From positions 17,160-41,003 of the forward strand of contig CAZHPN010000034.1 in NCBI GenBank assembly GCA_964534375.1: DNA of 23,844 bases. Direction: 5' to 3'. A model generated the notes under the pieces. It searched no databases and had not been told where the DNA came from. It worked only from the letters and a program-made list of their open reading frames with translations. A program made the position numbers and the translations under genes. This DNA is from an uncultured bacterium. GTDB lineage: Bacteria > Lernaellota > Lernaellaia > Lernaellales > Lernaellaceae. Of the stretch, positions 17,722 to 23,844 are shown one piece after another (the stretch's first letter is position 1; every line of letters begins with the position of its first letter).

Positions 17722-18488
17722 AGCGCCGCATTTTCGCCAGGCTATTGCCGGCGTTGGTTTTCGCCGCGGCGTTGGCGGCGCCGGCGGTCGCGGCCGATTT
17801 CGCCGGCGAGCGGCTGCACTACGAGTTCGGCTGGCAGAACATCGCCGCCGCCTTCGCCGAGGTGTCGGTCGACCGCATCGACATCGGCGGCCAGCCCGGC
17901 TACAAGATCGCGATGAAGCTCCAAAGCGAGTCGAAACTCGACTGGGTCTGGCGCGTGCGGGATATGATCACGTCCGAGACCTACGCCGACACCTTCCGCT
18001 GCAACAAGTTCCTGTTCCAGCAGCGCGAGGCCAAGTTTTTCCTCGACACCACGATCAATTACGATCCGGCCCGCAGCCTGCTGATCGGCTCGCGCACCCG
18101 CCTGCGCAAGGAAGGCAATCAGACCTTCGGGCCGGCGCAGGCGCCCGAAGACCACCTCGACCCGCTCGGCGCGCTGCTTTACGTGCAGCAGTTGCCGCTT
18201 GTCCAGGGCAAGCAATACCTGCTCAAGGTCTTCGACGGCCATCGCCGCCACGAGTTGAGCTACACGGTGCTCGGCCGCGAGCGCATCAATATCGGGTTGG
18301 GCACGTTTGACGCCTGGAAAGTCGAACCGCGGATTGTCACCTCCTCCGATCCGGATCAAAACTCGAAAGTCGCCAAGGTCAAATCCGTCTTCATGTGGGT
18401 GGACAACGCCCCGCCGCACCGCGTCTTGCGCATCGAAACCGACGCCTTTGTCGGCAAGATTTACGTCGAGTTGACCAAGGTGAATTGA
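17718..18488 (+). CDS. DUF3108-like exported protein
   Basis: ATGA overlap with the upstream stop and a GGAGG RBS. Signal peptide, then GERLHYEFGW..I.A, DPLGALLY, VFDG, ERI....GTFDAWKVEP and MWVD motifs. Confidence 0.8.
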   Translation: MKRRIFARLLPALVFAAALAAPAVAADFAGERLHYEFGWQNIAAAFAEVSVDRIDIGGQPGYKIAMKLQSESKLDWVWRVRDMITSETYADTFRCNKFLFQQREAKFFLDTTINYDPARSLLIGSRTRLRKEGNQTFGPAQAPEDHLDPLGALLYVQQLPLVQGKQYLLKVFDGHRRHELSYTVLGRERINIGLGTFDAWKVEPRIVTSSDPDQNSKVAKVKSVFMWVDNAPPHRVLRIETDAFVGKIYVELTKVN

Positions 18489-18511
18489 CGGCCGGTGGGT
18501 TTCAGTGCGGA

Positions 18512-19117
18512 CTATTCGACGCCAAGCGCGTCAAGGGCTTGGCGAAGCTCGTTCCAAAATTCGTTGAAAGCGGAAAGTCGTCGGAGCAACGAGAAATCCT
18601 CAATCAATTCAGCGACACGGTGCAGAGCCTTTTGCCGATCGAAACGCTTTTCCCGCCGCGCCGGCAATTCCGAGCTTTCGACCAGCAAACGTCGTAATTC
18701 TTCCTTCGGATCGACGACATGTTCCAAACGAGCGATTGGCGGCATGTTCAACGTGACTTTGCCGTTGGGATTTCCTGCGGCCATTCGGATTGCCTGCTCG
18801 TCGATCAAGAGCCAAGCCTCCGTCATTCGTACCGGCACAATGGCCACGAGATCCGGGCCCCGCGGGATCTGCGCCCGCCGCGTGCAATAATCCTCTTTTT
18901 CGGCGTCCCGATGAACAAAAACGATATTCGGCTTGTATTCATTTTTCACTCTGACGATTTCGGCGTCCAGTGTCTGGTCGCTGCGCCGAATTACGAATAT
19001 CGGCCTTTCAAACGACACGTTCGGAGCGGCTTGCCGAAAGGACCACGTGATGACCGGACGAAGCGCCAAATCGCTGCTGCCGTCGGCGATGATCGCCGAG
19101 CGAACGGCCCCGGTCAT
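18512..19117 (-). CDS. DUF4276-like (Toprim-related) protein, partner of the upstream ATPase
   Basis: IIADGSSD, FVHRDAE, PVRMTEAWLLID, DPKEEL and LSAF motifs. ATGA overlap with the ATPase stop. Confidence 0.72.
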   Translation of the reverse strand: MTGAVRSAIIADGSSDLALRPVITWSFRQAAPNVSFERPIFVIRRSDQTLDAEIVRVKNEYKPNIVFVHRDAEKEDYCTRRAQIPRGPDLVAIVPVRMTEAWLLIDEQAIRMAAGNPNGKVTLNMPPIARLEHVVDPKEELRRLLVESSELPARREKRFDRQKALHRVAELIEDFSLLRRLSAFNEFWNELRQALDALGVE

Positions 19118-20493
19118 CGTGCAGTTCCAATGTTGAACGGCAAGTTCAACTGTTCCATCTTATCGCCGATCGGCGAACCGCCGATGAAGTCCGCCAGTTG
19201 TTGCCGTGTGTACATGGAGGCTTTGGGTCGCCAGCCGTTTTCATAACTTGACACCGACGCGGCGAGACCGCCCGGACCGTGAATCGCCTCGACAAACAGT
19301 ATATCGCTCGGCGCCAATTGCCGAACAACGTCAGGCGAATGTGTATTGACGACGACTTGGCGAAGCGGATTATCCTCGCCGGTCTCCTCCTCCGGCCTGA
19401 CGGCGAATTCTTTCATTAAGCTACACAGTTCGGGAACGCGGCTCGGATGGATTCCATTTTCCGGCTCTTCCATGCAAAGCAATCCGTGCACTGTATTATC
19501 CATCTGCATCGCGACGAGCGCAAGGAAACGCAACGTTCCGTCGGACAGCGCTCGCGGGCCGAGCTCGCCGTAACAACCTTTTACCTCTGCAAGTACGGTT
19601 AAATGCCGTCGCGCTTCGTCACGATCAACGCGTATGGAACGAACTTCCGGAACGAGTTCCGCCAAGCGGTTGGCGGCCTCCGCGAAAGTCTGTCCCTCGA
19701 TGCGGTCCTCGCGAGAAAGACGATATAACGTTGCGGCAATTCCACCGCCATGCTCGCTCACCTCGGCTGCGCCGCCAAATTCATCGGGAGCGCGCATGAT
19801 TGACGGTTCCAGATGAAGAATTTTCCAAGATGACATTTCTCGCCGTGCGGCGAGGACCGTCGGATATTCGGCAGCGCCCGTACCACCTAGGACGGTCAAT
19901 GGGGACAACCCGGCGGGCACAGGTCGTCCGCGACTCCCCGCGTCCCCGTGGAGCATTAGCTTGACCATCTCGCCATCATTCTGTGTCGAAATAAAACTGC
20001 CGGCGCGTCGTGTCACGTTAAGTGAAGTAGATTTGCGAAAGACGGCCTTGTGGGGAAATCCGAATGTGCTTTGCGCCTCGCCGAGTCTGATCGGCGTCAG
20101 GCTTTCTTTCATCAGCACAAGGCGCGCGCTGCTTTCGTTCTCATAACGGAATTCGATCTCGTAGCGCAGCAACGTAGTTGCGGGTCTCGCTGTTCGTCCG
20201 AAATCATCGACGACCTCCTTCGGCACGAGCATATCTGCACTAAACGACATCCGATCGTTGTTATCGCCGCGCCAGAAAAGATCCTGAGGCCCAAATGCAC
20301 CTTTTTGCGGGCTACGAATTGATTGCGCGGCCGTTTGGATGTCGTGATCGGCGAGCGCCCGCAGAAACTGAATCGCGTCAAAAATATTGGATTTGCCGAC
20401 GCCGTTCGGACCGACAAAGCACGTGACCGGCCCAAACCGAATTTCCACGTCCCGTAGGTTTTTGAAGCCTTTCACGTGCAGTCGCAACAGCAT
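19114..20493 (-). CDS. AAA_21/AAA_15-type soluble ABC-family ATPase
   Basis: Probable start ATG 20493 (MLLRLHVKGFKNL). Walker A GPNGVGKS, signature LSDGT, Walker B/D-loop LLCMEEPENGIHP, H-loop NTHSP. No TM segments. Confidence 0.9.
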   Translation of the reverse strand: MLLRLHVKGFKNLRDVEIRFGPVTCFVGPNGVGKSNIFDAIQFLRALADHDIQTAAQSIRSPQKGAFGPQDLFWRGDNNDRMSFSADMLVPKEVVDDFGRTARPATTLLRYEIEFRYENESSARLVLMKESLTPIRLGEAQSTFGFPHKAVFRKSTSLNVTRRAGSFISTQNDGEMVKLMLHGDAGSRGRPVPAGLSPLTVLGGTGAAEYPTVLAARREMSSWKILHLEPSIMRAPDEFGGAAEVSEHGGGIAATLYRLSREDRIEGQTFAEAANRLAELVPEVRSIRVDRDEARRHLTVLAEVKGCYGELGPRALSDGTLRFLALVAMQMDNTVHGLLCMEEPENGIHPSRVPELCSLMKEFAVRPEEETGEDNPLRQVVVNTHSPDVVRQLAPSDILFVEAIHGPGGLAASVSSYENGWRPKASMYTRQQLADFIGGSPIGDKMEQLNLPFNIGTAR

Positions 20494-20627
20494 CTGCGCC
20501 CCTTTTTTCTCTCGAATGTTATGGAGAATAACTGCTCGCAGCGCAATCGGCAAGCTGTCGCCTATGCCGGGACAGTCGCAAGGCTCCTTCCCCGGCGGAT
20601 CTGGAAGAAATAAGTCGAAAACACCGC

Positions 20628-20687
20628 TTGACAACGCCCCACGCTCAGCTACTATGTAAACGAAAAAAACATAAAACGTTTCCATAG
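20628..20687 (+). promoter_or_regulatory. Sigma70 promoter overlapped by a probable TetR operator
   Basis: TTGACA (20628-20633), 16-bp spacer, TACTAT (20650-20655). The inverted repeat CTATGTAAACG-N14-CGTTTCCATAG (20652-20687, 10/11 match) overlaps the -10 element. Confidence 0.7.
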
Positions 20688-20696
20688 GCGAAGCGC

Positions 20697-21407
20697 ATGA
20701 AGAAACGAAATCCCGAACCCGAACACCGCCAACCCGAGCGCCGCGAGCGCAAACGCCGCGACGACAAACGGCGCGAGCACGAACCGCACGAGCACGACCG
20801 CGAGCGCGAGGAACGGACCCGGCAGCGCATCCTGGATTATGCGCAGCGCGTCTTCAACGAGCGCGGTTTTCGGCGCATCACGGTCGACGAGTTGTGCGCC
20901 GGCATGGCGCTGTCGAAACGCACGTTCTACAAATATTTCCGTCATCGCGACGAGTTGGTCGGGGCGGTCGTCGAGGGATTCGCCGCGCACGTCATCCGGC
21001 GGATCGTGCCGAATTTGTTGTCGGACCGGCCGGTGCGCGAGGTGCTGGAAGACCACTTTCGCCTGCTGTACGAGGATTTATTGTCCGCCGTTTCGCTGCC
21101 GTTTCTGTCCGATGTGCAAACCCTGACGCCCGACTTGTGGCGCAAAATCGAGGAGCGCCGCGTGATGGTCGTCGGCCTCGTCGTCACCTTGGTCGAGCGC
21201 GGGCAAAAAGAGGGCGTGATTCGCTCGGACCTGAACGCGGCCGTTTTCGGCAAGGTCTTTCAACGCATCGTCATGACCGTCGCCGAGCCCGGTTTCCTGT
21301 TGACGGCGAACCTCACCCCGCAAGACACGTTCAACATTGTCCGCGCCATGCTCACGCGCGGAATCATCGAACCGGAACAAGCGAAGGAGGCGGACCATGG
21401 GCGCTAG
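20697..21407 (+). CDS. TetR/AcrR family transcriptional regulator with a charged N-terminal extension
   Basis: HTH region RQRILDYAQRVFNERGFRRITVDELCAGMALSKRTFYKYF..RDEL and C-terminal GQKEGVIRSD. Confidence 0.93.
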   Translation: MKKRNPEPEHRQPERRERKRRDDKRREHEPHEHDREREERTRQRILDYAQRVFNERGFRRITVDELCAGMALSKRTFYKYFRHRDELVGAVVEGFAAHVIRRIVPNLLSDRPVREVLEDHFRLLYEDLLSAVSLPFLSDVQTLTPDLWRKIEERRVMVVGLVVTLVERGQKEGVIRSDLNAAVFGKVFQRIVMTVAEPGFLLTANLTPQDTFNIVRAMLTRGIIEPEQAKEADHGR

Positions 21408-22866
21408 GATCTTTCAGGGCCCCTCCCCCGCCGCGCGGGACGCGCGGCGCGCCCCTCCCCGACGCGGAGAGGGGCAAACAAACCGGAGAGCCGTCGGCGC
21501 GAGGGGCCTGCCATGTTGGATTTACACGCCGCTGGCGCTCGCCGTCGCGCTGTTGCTGCTGCCCGGTCCGGTGCGCGCCGCGGAGCCGGTGACGTGGGCG
21601 CTGGACGACGCGATCGGCTACGGGCTGGCGCACAGCCCCGATTTGGCCGAGCGCGAGGCGGCGGTGGCCGTGGCGCAGGAGGCGCAGGGCGAGGTGTTCG
21701 CCAATTTCCTGCCGAAGTTGACCTTGACCGGCGGCTACGAGTACATCGGCAACGTGCCGAAGATCAGCTTGTCGATCACGCCGCCGCTGCCGGCGTTCAT
21801 CCCGCCGGTCAACATCAGCAAGTCGATCGAAATGGGCGCGAACAACAACTGGATGGTCGCGGCCAATCTCAACCAGCTCGTCTTCGCGTCGGGCCGCGTT
21901 TACTACGGCTACCGCGCGGCGGGCGAGCAGATCACCGAGAAGTCGCTGGAGGTCGAGGCGGCGCGGCTGAAGGTCGCGCAGCAAACCGCCGAGGCGTTTC
22001 TCGGACTGTTGATGGCGCAGGAAGTGTTCGATGCGCAAAGCGCCTCGTTGCGCGACGCGACGGACCATTTGAAGGACGTGCAAACCCGATACGACGCGGG
22101 CGCCGCATCGAGGTTCGACCTGCTGCGCGCCGAGGTCGAGGTCGACACGATCGAGCCCCAAGTGAGCCAGGCGGCCGAGCAGATCAAGCTCGCCGTGGGA
22201 TACGTGCAGCGCGCGTCCGGTTTGTCGAAAGATACCCCCGTGAAACCGCTCGGCAAATTGGAAGCTGCGGAAATCAACCCGTTAGACTGGGCGGCGGCGC
22301 ACGACGCGGCGCAACGCCAACGTCCGGAGTTGGCGGCGTTCGCGGCGGGCCAGCGCGCCTTTGAAGACGCCGCCAAAAGCCGGCGCGCCGAAATGCTGCC
22401 GGCGGTCGCTCTGACCGGCTCGTACGGCTGGCAAAAACCCTACTACTTTGACTTGGATGGCGACACGAACTGGACGGTGGGCGTCGGCGTCCAGATTCCG
22501 CTGTTTGACGGCCTGGCGGCGTATCGCGGCATGAGCGGCGATCGCGCGAACGCCGAGGGGCTGCGGCGTTCGGCCGTGCGCATGCGCGCCGACATCCGCA
22601 CCGAAGTCGAGGCGGCGCTGCTCGCGGCCGACGAAGCCGCGCAGCGCACGAAGTCGACCAAGGCGACGCTGGACCGCGCCGAAAAACTGGTGAGCATCGC
22701 CGAAAACAGCTACAAGGCGGGCGCGTTGACCAGCCTCGACGTCATCGACGCGCAACTGGCCGCCACACGCGCGCGCGTCGCCTATTTGAACGCCTTATAT
22801 GATTACCGCGTCGCGCGGGTGCGCCTGGCCGCCGCGGCCGGCGACCTGCAGAAGATCGGGAGGTGA
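21397..22866 (+). CDS. TolC family outer membrane efflux protein
   Basis: Start ATG 21397 after AAGGAGG. Two OEP repeats (FLPKLTLTGGY; RYDAGAASRFDLLRAEV; MLPAVALTGSY; IPLFDG; YKAGALTSLDVIDAQ). Confidence 0.92.
   Translation: MGARIFQGPSPAARDARRAPPRRGEGQTNRRAVGARGLPCWIYTPLALAVALLLLPGPVRAAEPVTWALDDAIGYGLAHSPDLAEREAAVAVAQEAQGEVFANFLPKLTLTGGYEYIGNVPKISLSITPPLPAFIPPVNISKSIEMGANNNWMVAANLNQLVFASGRVYYGYRAAGEQITEKSLEVEAARLKVAQQTAEAFLGLLMAQEVFDAQSASLRDATDHLKDVQTRYDAGAASRFDLLRAEVEVDTIEPQVSQAAEQIKLAVGYVQRASGLSKDTPVKPLGKLEAAEINPLDWAAAHDAAQRQRPELAAFAAGQRAFEDAAKSRRAEMLPAVALTGSYGWQKPYYFDLDGDTNWTVGVGVQIPLFDGLAAYRGMSGDRANAEGLRRSAVRMRADIRTEVEAALLAADEAAQRTKSTKATLDRAEKLVSIAENSYKAGALTSLDVIDAQLAATRARVAYLNALYDYRVARVRLAAAAGDLQKIGR
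21416..21510. repeat. REP/MITE-like palindromic element inside the 5' end of the TolC gene
   Basis: Imperfect terminal inverted repeats CAGGGCCCCTC / GAGGGGCCTG enclose two hairpins: CGCCGCGCG-GGA-CGCGCGGCG and GCCCCTCCCC-GACGC-GGAGAGGGGC. Confidence 0.55.
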
Positions 22867-22871
22867 CCGCG

Positions 22872-23738
22872 ATGAAACGATTGATTCCGGTTTTTTTGAT
22901 TTTGGGATTGGTGGCCTTCATGGGTTACCGGGCCTACGTCAAAGCACAGGAAGAAAAACGCAACGACCTGTTTTACGGCACGGTCGAAGCGACCGAGGTG
23001 ATCGTCAGCGCGCAGGTCGCCGGACAGCTCGTCCAGTTTCCCGTCGCCGAAGGCCAGCTTTTGAAGAAAGGCGACGAGATCGCGCATATCGACGACTCGC
23101 CGTACAAGGCGGCGCTCGGCCAGGCCGAGGCGCTGGTGAAAGCGGCCGGCTCGCAGCAGGGCGTCGTCTCGGCGAACCTCGGCGGCGTCAACACCGAGGT
23201 GCAACGCACGCAAAAGTTGTTGAACGCCGGCTCCGCGACCGATATGCAAATGAACACCGTGCAAACGCAGCATGACGTGTTGAAGGCCCAGCAACAGGCG
23301 GTGGCGGCGCAGGTCAACCAGGCGAAAGCGGCGGTGAAGGTCGTCGAAACGCAATTGGCCTTCACGCAGGTTTCGGCCCCGATCACCGGCACGGTGCTGC
23401 GTACGCACGTGGAACAAGGCGACACCGTGTTCCCCGGCTCGGCGCTGCTGGCGATGGCCGACCTGACCTCGCTCGAAATTCACGTCTACGTGCCGGAGCC
23501 GATGCTCGGCAAGGTCAAGATCGGCCAGGCGGTCGACGTGTTCAACGACTCGTACCCCGGCAAGGCGATGCGCGGCAAGGTGAGTTACGTTTCCGACACG
23601 GCGGAATTCACGCCGAAGAACGTGCAAACCAAGGACGAGCGCGTGCGGCTGGTCTACAAAATCAAAGTCATCATTCCGAACCCCGACGGCGTGCTCAAGA
23701 TCGGCATGCCGGTCGACGTGCGCTTCCTCGCGAGTTGA
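22872..23738 (+). CDS. HlyD family periplasmic adaptor (YbhG-like)
   Basis: N-terminal anchor, GTVEATEV.VSAQVAG, APITGTV and AEFTPKNVQTKDERVRLVY.IKV...LKIGMP. The GGGAGG RBS favours ATG 22872 over GTG 22863. Confidence 0.93.
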   Translation: MKRLIPVFLILGLVAFMGYRAYVKAQEEKRNDLFYGTVEATEVIVSAQVAGQLVQFPVAEGQLLKKGDEIAHIDDSPYKAALGQAEALVKAAGSQQGVVSANLGGVNTEVQRTQKLLNAGSATDMQMNTVQTQHDVLKAQQQAVAAQVNQAKAAVKVVETQLAFTQVSAPITGTVLRTHVEQGDTVFPGSALLAMADLTSLEIHVYVPEPMLGKVKIGQAVDVFNDSYPGKAMRGKVSYVSDTAEFTPKNVQTKDERVRLVYKIKVIIPNPDGVLKIGMPVDVRFLAS

Positions 23739-23741
23739 AGC

Positions 23742-23844
23742 ATGGCGCTACTCGAAGTCCGCGGCGTGCACAAGCAATTCGGCGACGTCATCGCCGTCGA
23801 GGACGTCAGTTTCTCGGTGACGCCCGGCGAAATCTTCGGCCTGA
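23742..23844 (+). CDS. ABC transporter ATP-binding protein, N-terminal fragment (runs off the right edge)
   Basis: MALLEVRGVHKQFGDVIAVEDVSFSVTPGEIFGL, the typical sequence just before a Walker A motif. Starts 3 nt after the HlyD stop. Confidence 0.88.
   Translation, partial: MALLEVRGVHKQFGDVIAVEDVSFSVTPGEIFGL

Noticed and set aside
18489..20627. Possible mobile-element boundaries around the ATPase cassette
   Set aside because: No flanking direct repeats, terminal inverted repeats, integrase or transposase were seen by eye.
20494..20685. ORF-track N-terminal extension of the ATPase (likewise those starting at 7783, 6669, 16474, 17655 and 21337)
   Set aside because: These extensions overlap promoters or neighbouring genes. 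Downstream starts match family N-termini and mostly have RBSs.
1..23844. CRISPR array, tRNA/rRNA, or DGR template/variable repeat pair
   Set aside because: No regularly spaced repeats, RNA gene signatures or reverse transcriptase. The only long duplication is the paralogous phosphoesterase pair, and its differences are not adenine-specific.

Overview
GC-rich bacterial chromosomal window. Gene content suggests a deltaproteobacterial, Myxococcota-like lineage (inference only). From left to right it carries: the 5' end of ppdK; two tandem Tat-exported calcineurin-like metallophosphoesterase paralogs (TIGR03768-like) followed by a Cys-rich acidic lipoprotein; three GT-C-type membrane glycosyltransferases with a DUF1566 protein, one fused to an apparently inactive CapA-like domain and two beta-sandwich repeats; a patatin-like phospholipase; a pseudokinase-TM-TPR-TonB_C(AgmX/PglI-like) protein followed by a GltD/AgmU-like TPR lipoprotein and a DUF3108-like protein; a lower-GC ABC-ATPase + Toprim-like (DUF4276-like) pair that may be an anti-phage module; and a TetR-TolC-HlyD-ABC efflux operon. 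The best candidates for undescribed biology are the pseudokinase/Glt-like trans-envelope module, the GT-C/dead-CapA fusion and the ATPase-Toprim cassette. No rRNA, tRNA, CRISPR array or transposase was seen. All family calls come from motif recognition by eye, not database searches.
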